From Vicinamibacterales bacterium (GTDB lineage Bacteria > Acidobacteriota > Vicinamibacteria > Vicinamibacterales > CAVVIG01), in the NCBI GenBank assembly GCA_036004865.1, contig DASYQZ010000166.1:10921-74920 (forward strand): a DNA stretch of 64,000 nt, read 5' to 3'. The notes under the pieces were generated by a model. That model saw only the letters and a list, made by a program, of their open reading frames with translations, had not been told where the DNA came from and searched no databases. This document shows, in pieces, positions 9,991-25,460 of the stretch (positions within the stretch are counted from its first letter, which is position 1; every line of letters starts with the position of its first letter). Position numbers and translations under genes: made by a program.

Positions 9991-12303
9991 GTGGCCACGC
10001 GCGTCGGGATTGAGCTGTCGCCGGCGGCCTGCCGCGTCATCGAGATCGAGGGCGGACTGCCGTGGGTTCGGCGGGCACCCGAGACGACAGTTCTGTCATT
10101 CGATGTGCTGCCGCCGGCGGGACCCGAGACGAGGGCGAAGCTCGAGACGCTGCGGAAACGGTCGGCCGCGGTTGTCGTCTGGGGCGTGCCGAGCGATCAC
10201 CGCCAGGTGATCGTGACCAACCGATCGTACGAAGCGATGCGGCGCGAGGCGCTGGTGGCGCTGACGGGCGCCGGCATCGAGACGCGCGGCGTGCTCGCGG
10301 ACATCGCGCCGGCCGGCGACGGAAAAGATCGCTCCCCGCGGCGGCCCGTGGTCGTCGCGCTGGCCGCGGCCGCTCCGATGACCGCGGCGCTCGAGCCGCT
10401 CACGAACGCCGGCATCCATGTCCGGTCTGTTCTGACGCCGGCCGCCGCGCTCACGTCATTGGCGCGCACACGGTGCGAGTTCGCCGTGCCGGGGTCGATC
10501 GAAGCGTACGTGGCGCTCGACAAAACCGCGACGTGTATCGCGCTCGTTCGGGACGGCGCGTTGATTACCGCACGCGAGCTGTCGTGGGGTTACGTCGACG
10601 ACGTCGGCCACACCGAGCCGCGGCGAGTCGACGACATCACGAGGCGGCTCGCCGACGAGCTGTCGGAATTCTTCGGGGCCATTGGCGCGTCGCCGTCGGC
10701 GGTCGGTCAGATTTGCGTGTGCGGTCCGCTGCCCGAGCTGCGCAGCATGACCGCACGGCTCACGCAGCAACTCGACGTCGAAGTCGAGCCACTGGATTCG
10801 CAGTACGCCATCGATTCCGAGGAGCTGTTCGAGCACTCCGTTGACTTTCGCGAGCGCAGCGCCGAGATGCGTCTCGCATGGGCGGCGGCCACCGACTGGC
10901 CGCCGGCGATCAATCTGCTGCGCGCGCGCAAGCGTCAGTCGACGAAGACGGCGCTCGCGCGCGCCGCGCTGGTCGCGGGCGCAGTCGCAGGATTGGCAAT
11001 CGGCTGGCAGGTGCAGCAGAGTGCGTGGTGGCGATCGCGCGCGGCGGTGCTGATTGCGCGCGTGACGCCGCGCGCCAGGCCGGCCGCGCCTGCCACGCGC
11101 GCGCCGCAACCTACGGTCTCGCCGAAGCCGCCGCCGTCGCCGGGGTCGCCGGGGCCGAGCCCGGCAACGACGGCGACGAAAACGGTTCCGCCCGCGACGC
11201 CGCCCTCAGCAGCCGCGACGAAACCGCCGACGCCGGTGTCACCGCCGGTCGTGGCGACGAAACCGCCGACGCCGGCAACGACAGCGCCGACAACGCCTCC
11301 CGTGTCGGCCACGAAACCGCTGCCACCGCCGGTGACGACGATGAAACCGTCGCCGCCAGTGTCACCGCCGATCGCGGCAACGAAGACGCCAGTCCCGACA
11401 ACGCCGGCGCCGACAACGCCGCCGGTGGCAGCCGCGAAGCCGTCTGCACCACCGGCGACGACGACGCAACCGGCGGCGCCTGTGTCCCCGCCGATCGCGG
11501 CGACGAAGACACAGACGCAAACGCCGCCCTCGCCATCCGTGGCGGCCACGAAACCGGCGCAGCCGCCGGTGACGACGACGAAACCATCGGCGCCAGTCTC
11601 ACCGCCAATCGCGGCGACGAAGACGCCAGCGCCGGCAACGCCGCCTGTGACGGCCGCGAAGCCGTCTCCACCACCGGTGACGACGACGAAACCGACGCCG
11701 CCCGTCTCACCGCCGATCGCGGCGACGAAACCAACGGCGCCCGTCTCACCGCCGATCGCCGCGACGAAACCGGCGCCGCCATCACTACCGCCGTCGACGC
11801 CGCGATCATCTCCGGCTGTACCGCCGGGCAGAGAAGTCGCGACGCCGCCGCCCACGAGCGCACCACCGGCGGCACGTCGAGAGCCGGAACGTGCGCCGAC
11901 CACGCGTACTGAACCGAAGCCGACGCCGACAGTGCTGGCGCCGGCTGCGACGCCGCCTCGCGCCGCGCCGAGCGTTGCGCCGCCGCCGCCCGCGGCGCCA
12001 AGCGCCGCACCGCCGGTTCGACCTCAGCCGCCGGTCGAACCCTCGCCGCCGGCTCGACGAGACGAGCCCGCACCTGAGCCGGCGCCGCGACGCGTTGCAC
12101 CCGCGCGGCCGCCGGAAGTCGCGACGCCGTTCGACGCTTCTCTCGCGACGATTCTGTATTCGCCGGATCGAAAGCTCGCGATCATCGACGGCCGGATCGT
12201 TGGGGTAGGTGACGAAGTACGCGGCGCTCGCGTGACCGACATCACGCCAAACGCTGTGTTTCTTCGAGATGCCCAAGGTAGGCTGCGTCGGCTCAGTCGT
12301 TGA
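9991..12303 (+). CDS. PilM-like/PilN-N-terminus fusion with Pro/Thr stalk and C-terminal MshK/GspB-like domain
   Basis: 'RVGIELSPAACRVIE' PilM-like start, 'INLL'+basic+TM segment, about 350 aa Pro/Thr repeats, C-terminal 'ILYSPDRKLAIIDGRIVGVGDEVRGARVTDITPNAV'. Confidence 0.65.
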   Translation: MATRVGIELSPAACRVIEIEGGLPWVRRAPETTVLSFDVLPPAGPETRAKLETLRKRSAAVVVWGVPSDHRQVIVTNRSYEAMRREALVALTGAGIETRGVLADIAPAGDGKDRSPRRPVVVALAAAAPMTAALEPLTNAGIHVRSVLTPAAALTSLARTRCEFAVPGSIEAYVALDKTATCIALVRDGALITARELSWGYVDDVGHTEPRRVDDITRRLADELSEFFGAIGASPSAVGQICVCGPLPELRSMTARLTQQLDVEVEPLDSQYAIDSEELFEHSVDFRERSAEMRLAWAAATDWPPAINLLRARKRQSTKTALARAALVAGAVAGLAIGWQVQQSAWWRSRAAVLIARVTPRARPAAPATRAPQPTVSPKPPPSPGSPGPSPATTATKTVPPATPPSAAATKPPTPVSPPVVATKPPTPATTAPTTPPVSATKPLPPPVTTMKPSPPVSPPIAATKTPVPTTPAPTTPPVAAAKPSAPPATTTQPAAPVSPPIAATKTQTQTPPSPSVAATKPAQPPVTTTKPSAPVSPPIAATKTPAPATPPVTAAKPSPPPVTTTKPTPPVSPPIAATKPTAPVSPPIAATKPAPPSLPPSTPRSSPAVPPGREVATPPPTSAPPAARREPERAPTTRTEPKPTPTVLAPAATPPRAAPSVAPPPPAAPSAAPPVRPQPPVEPSPPARRDEPAPEPAPRRVAPARPPEVATPFDASLATILYSPDRKLAIIDGRIVGVGDEVRGARVTDITPNAVFLRDAQGRLRRLSR
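11070..12120 (+). repeat. Coding Pro/Thr-rich repeat tract (PVSPPIAATK)
   Basis: Five PVSPPIAATK copies plus variants (PVSPPVVATK, PPVTTTKP). Boundaries approximate. Confidence 0.8.
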
Positions 12304-12379
12304 TGTGGGGTACGTGCGGTCGTCAGGCCCAACAAATGGTGGTGTCGATCACGTTTTCGAAATTGCACAACCATTTACG

Positions 12380-12408
12380 TTGATCGACTCGTAACGCGTT
12401 CTTACAAT
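12380..12408 (+). promoter_or_regulatory. Putative sigma70 promoter for the PilB-like ATPase
   Basis: TTGATC-17 nt-TACAAT in an AT-rich intergenic segment. Confidence 0.55.
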
Positions 12409-12453
12409 GGAGTTTTTGAACTCCGAGACTTTCTGTTACGTTGAGGGCCCGTA

Positions 12454-14487
<2,034 letters not shown>

Positions 14488-15303
14488 GTGGCGCTCAAGA
14501 ACTATTACGAGCTGCTCGAGCTCCCGCCGACGGCGACGGCAGACGAAATCAAGCGAGCGTTCCGCGCGCAAATCGCCCGCTACCATCCCGATAAAGTCCA
14601 GCACCTCGGCAAGGAATTCCAGGACATGGCGGCCGACCGCGCCGCCGAGCTGACCGAGGCGTACCGAATCCTCTCCGACGAAGGGCGGCGTGCGGAGTAC
14701 GACCGCGCATCGGCGGCTGCGGGGACCGACACCGCCGGGAGCGCGGCCGCGAGCGCGGCGCCGCGGCCCGATGCCGGCGCCGGGCACGCCGCTCCGCCTC
14801 CACCGCCCCCACCGCCGGACACCGAGCCTCACGTCTCGAAGGGGCCGCAGTTCTCGCAGGAGCGCGCGACGCGCGATCAGTTCGTCCGGAAGGCGCTGAT
14901 CGGTCGGCTGCGGCAGGCGCTCGACGTCATCGGCGGCTACGACGAGTCGGAGGCGCGCAGCTTCGATCTGGCCTGGACACCCAAGAGAAAGATGTTCGCG
15001 AGCGGCAAAGGACCGCGTCTGCTGGCGCGGTTCGTGTCGCGCGTCGACGGCGAAGCGATCGCGGATGCGTGGATGCAGGCGATGAAGTGGGCCGGGAGCG
15101 AGGAAGTCTCCGTGCTGCTCATCGGCTCGACGATGGCGCCGGCGGGCGAGCTGGCAAAGGCGATCGCGGAGCAGCGGAGGAAATCGCGCGGCGCCAGGGC
15201 GACGCTGATTCCGGTCGACGCGAACAGTTGGGATGCGCACCTGCCGACCGATGCTCCGCCAATCGCAAAGACGCTGCTCTCACGCGTCAAGAGCGGCGCA
15301 TAA
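14488..15303 (+). CDS. J-domain (DnaJ-like) protein with unknown C-terminal alpha/beta domain
   Basis: 'NYYELLEL…EIKRAFR…YHPDK…EAYRILSD…RAEYD'. Starts immediately after the ATPase stop. Confidence 0.85.
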   Translation: MALKNYYELLELPPTATADEIKRAFRAQIARYHPDKVQHLGKEFQDMAADRAAELTEAYRILSDEGRRAEYDRASAAAGTDTAGSAAASAAPRPDAGAGHAAPPPPPPPPDTEPHVSKGPQFSQERATRDQFVRKALIGRLRQALDVIGGYDESEARSFDLAWTPKRKMFASGKGPRLLARFVSRVDGEAIADAWMQAMKWAGSEEVSVLLIGSTMAPAGELAKAIAEQRRKSRGARATLIPVDANSWDAHLPTDAPPIAKTLLSRVKSGA

Positions 15304-15349
15304 TGAACTCGAATCCCGCTCGCGGCGTCTGAATCCTAGGACTATTCCT

Positions 15350-16036
15350 ATGGCACTCATCGAAACCGTTGATCTCTGGAAGACCTACGTGATGGGCACG
15401 GAGGAAATCCACGCGCTGCGCGGCGTCTCCATCCAGATCGAGCGGGGCGAATACGTCGCGATCATGGGGCCGTCGGGCTCGGGCAAGTCGACGCTGATGA
15501 ATCTCATCGGGTGCCTCGACACGCCGTCGAAAGGCTCGTACCTGCTCAACGGGAAGCAGGTGAGCCAGATGAACGACAACGAGCTCGCGCGCATCCGCAA
15601 CGAAGAGATCGGCTTCGTCTTCCAGACGTTCAATCTGTTGCCCCGCGCGACCGCGCTCCACAACGTCGAGCTCCCGCTCGTCTACGCCGGCGTGGCGGCG
15701 AAGGATCGGCAGGAGCGCGCGAAAGGCGCGCTTCACAAGGTAGAGCTCGGCGATCGCATCACGCATCGGCCGAACGAGCTTTCCGGCGGTCAGCGCCAGC
15801 GTGTCGCCATCGCGCGCGCGCTCGTGAACAACCCGTCGATCCTGCTGGCCGACGAGCCGACCGGCAACCTGGACTCCAAGACCGGCGCCGAGATCATGAC
15901 GTTGTTCGATCGCCTGCACAAAGCCGGCAACACGATCGTCCTGGTGACGCACGAAGCCGACGTCGCCGCGTTTGCCTACCGCACGATTCACATTCGTGAC
16001 GGACAGGTCGAAGACGACGTGCGGCGAGCGGCGTAA
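15350..16036 (+). CDS. ABC transporter ATP-binding protein (LolD/MacB-like)
   Basis: GPSGSGKS, '[10 protein letters not shown]', LSGGQRQR, '[10 protein letters not shown]'. Confidence 0.9.
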   Translation: MALIETVDLWKTYVMGTEEIHALRGVSIQIERGEYVAIMGPSGSGKSTLMNLIGCLDTPSKGSYLLNGKQVSQMNDNELARIRNEEIGFVFQTFNLLPRATALHNVELPLVYAGVAAKDRQERAKGALHKVELGDRITHRPNELSGGQRQRVAIARALVNNPSILLADEPTGNLDSKTGAEIMTLFDRLHKAGNTIVLVTHEADVAAFAYRTIHIRDGQVEDDVRRAA

Positions 16037-16055
16037 ATCAGTCGACGTCCCGCGA

Positions 16056-16920
16056 TCAGACCGCCGCGAAGTGTCCTGCTGAAACCTCTCTAAGCGCCGC
16101 GTCGCGGTTCACCGACGCCGGATCGAGAACGATTCGCTGGCGGCGCGCGTCCGGGTCGGGCACCGGAATCGCCGACAGCAAGGCGCGCGTGTACGGATGC
16201 TGCGGCGACGCGAAGAGTGCCGCAGCGGGCCCCATCTCGACGATCTTCCCCAGGTACATGACCGCGACGCGCGTGCAGATGTGCTCCACCAGGCGCAGGT
16301 CGTGCGCGATGAACAGGTACGTGAGCTTCAACCGCTCCTGCAGATCCATCAGCAGATTGACGACCTGTGCCTGCACGGAGACGTCCAGGGCCGACACCGG
16401 TTCGTCGAGGATGACGAACGACGGATTCAGCGCGAGCGCGCGCGCCAGCCCGATGCGCTGCCGCTGGCCGCCGCTGAATTGGTGCGGATACCGTTCGAGA
16501 TGCGCCGGGTTGAGGCCGACGACGCGGAACAGCTCGGCGACGCGATCGCGGCGGCGGGCGCGGTCGCCCATCTTGTGAATGACGAGCGGTTCCTCCACGA
16601 TCTGCCGCGCGCGCATCCGGGGATTCAGCGACGAGTACGGATCCTGAAAGACGATCTGCATGTCGCGGCGCGCCTCGCGCATGCGGCGTGACGGAAACTC
16701 CAGCACGTTCTCGCCGCGGAAGCGCACTTCGCCCGACGACGGCTCGATCAGCCGCAGGATGCAGCGGCCGGTGGTCGTCTTGCCGCTGCCCGATTCACCG
16801 ACCAGGCCGAACGTCTCGCCCTCGTCGATCGTGAAGCTCACGTCGTCGACGGCGGCCACACGCGTCCCTTTGCGCAGCAGCCCGGCGTCGCGGACGAAGT
16901 GCTTGACGAGGTGAGAGACC

Positions 16921-16940
<20 letters not shown>
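16056..16940 (-). CDS. oppF: Oligopeptide/dipeptide ABC transporter ATP-binding protein (OppF-like)
   Basis: GESGSGKT, '[11 protein letters not shown]', '[13 protein letters not shown]', '[14 protein letters not shown]', '[10 protein letters not shown]'. Confidence 0.85.
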
Positions 16941-17976
<1,036 letters not shown>

Positions 17977-17997
17977 ACGTTGCGCCAGGCACCCGTT

Positions 17998-19551
17998 TCA
18001 TATCGTCGAGGACTCATCGTATTCGCCAAAGACCGCGCGCATCGCGTCGGCGATTTCGCCGACCGTCGCTTTTGCTTCGACGGCGGCGATGATTCGCGGT
18101 ACGAGGTTGCTGCCGTCGCGCGCCGCATCGGACACGGCCTCGAGCGCGGAGCGCACAGTGTCGGCGCCGCGGCTCGCCCGAACGGCTCGCACGCGCTCAA
18201 TCTGCTTGCGTTCGACGTCCGGGTCGATCCGCAACGTGTTGATCGCGCTCACGCCTTCTTCGTCGGTGAACCGGTTCACGCCGACGACCACCGACTCGGC
18301 GGCGTCGATGGCCACCTGCGCCCGATACGCGGATTCCTGAATCTCGCGCTGAATCAGGCCGGCTTCAATGGCGGCGAGGGTGCCGCCGGCCCGTTCGATT
18401 CGCGCGAGCAGATCCTCGGCGCCTTGCTCGATGGCGTCGGTCAGCGACTCGATCGCGTACGAGCCGGCGACCGGATCGACTGTGTTCGCGACGCCGCTCT
18501 CGGCCGCGATGATCTGCTGCGTGCGCAACGCGATCCGCGCCGATTCCTCGGTCGGCAACGCCAGCGCCTCGTCGCGGCCGTTGCAGTGCAGCGACTGCGT
18601 GCCGCCCAGGATCGCCGCCAGCGCCTGCAGCGCCACGCGGACGATGTTGTTGTCGGGCTGCTGCGCCGTCAGCGTACTGCCGGCGGTCTGCGTATGGAAG
18701 CGAAGCTGCTGCGCGCGCGGATTCGCGGCGTGGAATCGATCGCGCATGATCCGCGCCCAGAGGCGGCGTGCCGCGCGGTACTTGGCGATTTCCTCGAGAA
18801 AATCGTTGTGGGCGTTGAAGAAGAACGACACCCGCGGACCGAAGCGATCGACGTCCAGTCCCCGGTCGATCGCCGCCTGCACGTACGCGAGCGCGTTCGC
18901 GAACGTGAACGCGACTTCCTGCACCGCCGTCGATCCCGCTTCGCGGATGTGATAGCCGCTGATGGAAATCGTGTTCCATTGGGGCATCTCGCGCTCGCAG
19001 AACGCGAAGATCTCGGTCACGATTCGCAGCGACTGCCGCGGCGGATAGATGTAGGTGCCGCGCGCGACGTACTCTTTGAGGATGTCGTTCTGGACGGTAC
19101 CCGACAGCATCTGAATCGGCACGCCCTGGCGTTTCGCCACCGCGACGTAGAGCGACAGCAGAACGATCGCCGTCGCGTTGATCGTCATCGAAGTCGACAC
19201 GCGGTCGAGCGGAATGCCGTCGAACAGCGCCGCCATGTCTTCGATCGAATCGATGGCGACGCCGACGCGGCCGACCTCGCCGGCGGCGAGCGGATGGTCC
19301 GAGTCGTAGCCCATTTGCGTCGGCAGATCGAACGCGACGCTCAGGCCGTTGACGCCATGCGCGAGCAGATAGCGATAGCGCCGGTTCGACTCTTCGGCCG
19401 TGGCGAAGCCGGCGTATTGCCGCATCGTCCACAGCCGGCCGCGATACATCGTCGGCTGAATGCCGCGGGTAAATGGGAACTCGCCCGGAAATCCGACCGC
19501 CGCCGACGCATCCCGGCCGGCAAGCTCGTCGGGCGTCCGCGCCTCATGCAC
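17998..19551 (-). CDS. Methylmalonyl-CoA mutase family, substrate-binding large subunit (no B12-binding domain)
   Basis: 'PGEFPFTRG', 'WTMRQYAGF', '[15 protein letters not shown]', '[14 protein letters not shown]', '[11 protein letters not shown]'. No DxHxxG. Confidence 0.9.
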   Translation of the reverse strand: MHEARTPDELAGRDASAAVGFPGEFPFTRGIQPTMYRGRLWTMRQYAGFATAEESNRRYRYLLAHGVNGLSVAFDLPTQMGYDSDHPLAAGEVGRVGVAIDSIEDMAALFDGIPLDRVSTSMTINATAIVLLSLYVAVAKRQGVPIQMLSGTVQNDILKEYVARGTYIYPPRQSLRIVTEIFAFCEREMPQWNTISISGYHIREAGSTAVQEVAFTFANALAYVQAAIDRGLDVDRFGPRVSFFFNAHNDFLEEIAKYRAARRLWARIMRDRFHAANPRAQQLRFHTQTAGSTLTAQQPDNNIVRVALQALAAILGGTQSLHCNGRDEALALPTEESARIALRTQQIIAAESGVANTVDPVAGSYAIESLTDAIEQGAEDLLARIERAGGTLAAIEAGLIQREIQESAYRAQVAIDAAESVVVGVNRFTDEEGVSAINTLRIDPDVERKQIERVRAVRASRGADTVRSALEAVSDAARDGSNLVPRIIAAVEAKATVGEIADAMRAVFGEYDESSTI

Positions 19552-19597
19552 GGACGCGATTGTACTCGACTGGCACTGAAGAGCTCGCCGTAAGTGC

Positions 19598-19627
19598 TTG
19601 ACAGACCGGCCTCTTGGGCTTTAAACT
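19598..19627 (+). promoter_or_regulatory. Putative sigma70 promoter
   Basis: TTGACA-18 nt-TAAACT upstream of the ORF at 19762. Confidence 0.5.
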
Positions 19628-19761
19628 CCTCCTTACTTACAAAGGTCAACTCGACGCAATGGACGCAGGTCCCCGTTCCTGTTCACCGCCTTGGTGTAGG
19701 CAGGATGCGTTCGGGAAGCGCCCCCGGTAACCCGGCCCGGCGGCGTAGGAGGGCAGTACAC

Positions 19762-20073
19762 ATGGACGACGTCGTCAACCGGTTTGCTCGTGAGCTGGCC
19801 GATGCGATTGCCGCCGCGGTCGCGGAGAATCAACAGGTAGAAGCGTGCCGCGAGAAGGCACGCGCGGCGGGGTTCGAAATGAAAGTCACGCTCGAAGCCG
19901 TGGTCGGGTTCGTGAGCCGCTCGCAGTCGGCGGCGCTCGCGAAAGTCACCGCGCCGGCGCGCGCGGGTCGGGAGGTTCAGCCGAAGCGGAGCTTTGAGGT
20001 CACCGCGAACGATCGCCGCTTCCTTCGATCGCTGCGGATTGCCGCGGACGAGACGGCCGAACCCGTAGAGTAG
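19762..20073 (+). CDS. Small hypothetical protein (103 aa)
   Basis: AGGAGG RBS at 19747-19752, ATG at 19762, own promoter and terminator. Confidence 0.75.
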   Translation: MDDVVNRFARELADAIAAAVAENQQVEACREKARAAGFEMKVTLEAVVGFVSRSQSAALAKVTAPARAGREVQPKRSFEVTANDRRFLRSLRIAADETAEPVE

Positions 20074-20094
20074 TCAGTATCTGAAAGAAGATCG

Positions 20095-20128
20095 TGAGGC
20101 CGGCGCGCTTCGGCGCGCCGGCCTCATT

Positions 20129-20136
<8 letters not shown>
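20095..20136 (+). terminator. Intrinsic terminator
   Basis: TGAGGCCGGCGCGC-TTCG-GCGCGCCGGCCTCA perfect 14-bp stem followed by TTTTATTTTT; lies between convergent genes. Confidence 0.85.
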
Positions 20137-23535
<3,399 letters not shown>

Positions 23536-23551
23536 CGCCGCTACTCCGCGC

Positions 23552-24178
23552 TCAATTCCTACGCAAGATGACGCGTGCCGGCGCGCCGTCGGATCCGACG
23601 ACGCGCAGCGGCAGGCAGTACATCTCGTAGGCGCCCGGCTCGACGTCGCGGAGGTTCAACCCTTCGATGACGATCGTGCCGGCGCCGAGCAGGACGTGAT
23701 GGGCCGGCGCCCCGGGCCGCTTGAACTCTTCGACCGACAGGTAGTCGACGCCGACGACCTTGATGCCATGGTCGACGAGATGACGCGCGCCCGATTCGGT
23801 GACACCCACATAGTCTGTGTGGAATTCGGGCGATCCCCAGAGGCGCGAGTTGTGTGTCTTGATCAGCACGCGGACATCTTCAGACAGGTCCAGGTGTGCC
23901 AGGTCCTCGGCCGCAATTCCTTTCCTTGACGTGACTTCGATGACACGCGTCCGCCCCACGAGCATTTCAAGGGGGAGCGCATCGGTGCCGAAGCCGTCAT
24001 CGAAGAAATGGCGAGGCGCGTCGACATGCGTGCCGGCGTGGGCGCTCATGTGAAGGGTCGAAACGTTCGAGCTGTCGCCCCGGGCGATGCGCTTGATGGC
24101 CTCGAGGCTGAACGGGGTATTCCCCGGGTAATTCGGAAGATTTTCGTCGAGGCGCACGGAGACGTCGATAAGCTTCAT
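23552..24178 (-). CDS. Cyclase family metal-dependent hydrolase (KynB-like)
   Basis: HAGTHVDAPRH motif, 'GVDYLSVE', 'DGAPARVIL'. Confidence 0.88.
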   Translation of the reverse strand: MKLIDVSVRLDENLPNYPGNTPFSLEAIKRIARGDSSNVSTLHMSAHAGTHVDAPRHFFDDGFGTDALPLEMLVGRTRVIEVTSRKGIAAEDLAHLDLSEDVRVLIKTHNSRLWGSPEFHTDYVGVTESGARHLVDHGIKVVGVDYLSVEEFKRPGAPAHHVLLGAGTIVIEGLNLRDVEPGAYEMYCLPLRVVGSDGAPARVILRRN

Positions 24179-24240
24179 GGGCGGGCGAAACGGGAATATA
24201 GCACAGCGCTATCGGGCTGAAGTTCTGGCGGCAGAAGGGT

Positions 24241-24270
24241 TTGACTTGCTCGGGAGGGGCCGCCTATCAT
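24241..24270 (+). promoter_or_regulatory. Putative sigma70 promoter
   Basis: TTGACT-18 nt-TATCAT upstream of 24314. Confidence 0.4.
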
Positions 24271-24313
24271 GGGCTGTTCTGCTGAAGCCTTAGATGCTGG
24301 GAGAGTCGCTCTT

Positions 24314-25420
24314 ATGATGCTGCGTCGTCGGGCATTCACGCTCGTGCTCACGCTTGCACTCGCGTTCACCGCGAGCCTCGTCGCGCAACAAGCGCAACAA
24401 AAGGACAAGAAACAAGAAGAGGCGCAGAAGAAAGAAATCCAGGGCATCGTGAGCACCGTCGACGCCGTGGCTGCCGGTCAGCCCGCGCCGAACGATTTGT
24501 CGCTCTCGTGGGTCCGCGAGGACGTGCTGAAGGCACAGGGCAACAAAGAGTACGTGCCGTTCACCGTCTCGATCGACCCATCGAAGGTGCCCGGCGGCAC
24601 GGTGGCGTTCTACTGGCGCGTCGTCTCGAAGGACATGACGGCCGAAGCGCCGCCGCCGGCTGCTGCCCAGAAGAAGGACGACAAGAAGGACAAGGACAAG
24701 GACAAGAAGAAGCCCGAGTACGCGTACGAGGACATCAGCTTCATTCCGGTCGGCGGAACGGGCCCCGCACGCATCTCCCGATCGTTCACCGTCACCGCCG
24801 GCACCTACGAGGTGTTCCTCGTCGCAAAAGAGCCGTCGCCGGAGAAGCCGCCGAAGAACGCGCCGCCGCCGAAGATGTCGGTGCTGAAGCAGTCGGTCGT
24901 GATTCCGGACTTCTGGAACAACGAGCTGAACACGAGCTCCGTCATCATCGCGCAGCGCATCGATCCGCTGCCGGCGCCACTGACGCCGCAGCAGCAGGCC
25001 GATCGTCCGTACGCGATGGGCTCGATGGAAATCGTTCCGGCGCTCGACACGAAGTTCACGAAGAAGGCCGAGCTGTCGACCTTCATGTTGATTTACAACC
25101 CGAAGACCGACACGAACAACAAGCCGGACGTCGTCATCGAGTACAACTTCTGCCAGGTGGCCGCGGGCAGCGAGCCGAAGGCGGGCGAGCCGTGCAAGGC
25201 GGGCGAGAAGTTCTTCAACAAGACGAACCCGCAAAATCTCAACGCGCAGACGCTGCCGCCGCAGTTCGATCTCGCGGCCGGCCATCAGCTCCAGAGCGGG
25301 CAGGCCGTACCGCTGGCGTCGTTCCCCGAAGGGCAGTATCGGCTCGAGATCAAAGTCACCGACAAGATCGCGAACAAGACGCTCGTTCGCGACGTGAGCT
25401 TCAGCGTCAGCCCGTCGTAG
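24314..25420 (+). CDS. Exported protein of unknown function, probably two beta-sandwich domains
   Basis: Sec signal 'MLRRRAFTLVLTLALAFTASLVAQ'; C-terminal 'VPLASFPEGQYRLEIKVTDKIA'; strong GC3 codon bias. Confidence 0.8.
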   Translation: MMLRRRAFTLVLTLALAFTASLVAQQAQQKDKKQEEAQKKEIQGIVSTVDAVAAGQPAPNDLSLSWVREDVLKAQGNKEYVPFTVSIDPSKVPGGTVAFYWRVVSKDMTAEAPPPAAAQKKDDKKDKDKDKKKPEYAYEDISFIPVGGTGPARISRSFTVTAGTYEVFLVAKEPSPEKPPKNAPPPKMSVLKQSVVIPDFWNNELNTSSVIIAQRIDPLPAPLTPQQQADRPYAMGSMEIVPALDTKFTKKAELSTFMLIYNPKTDTNNKPDVVIEYNFCQVAAGSEPKAGEPCKAGEKFFNKTNPQNLNAQTLPPQFDLAAGHQLQSGQAVPLASFPEGQYRLEIKVTDKIANKTLVRDVSFSVSPS

Positions 25421-25460
25421 CGCAAGGACCGGGCGCGATATGGCGCCCGGAGTGAAAACT

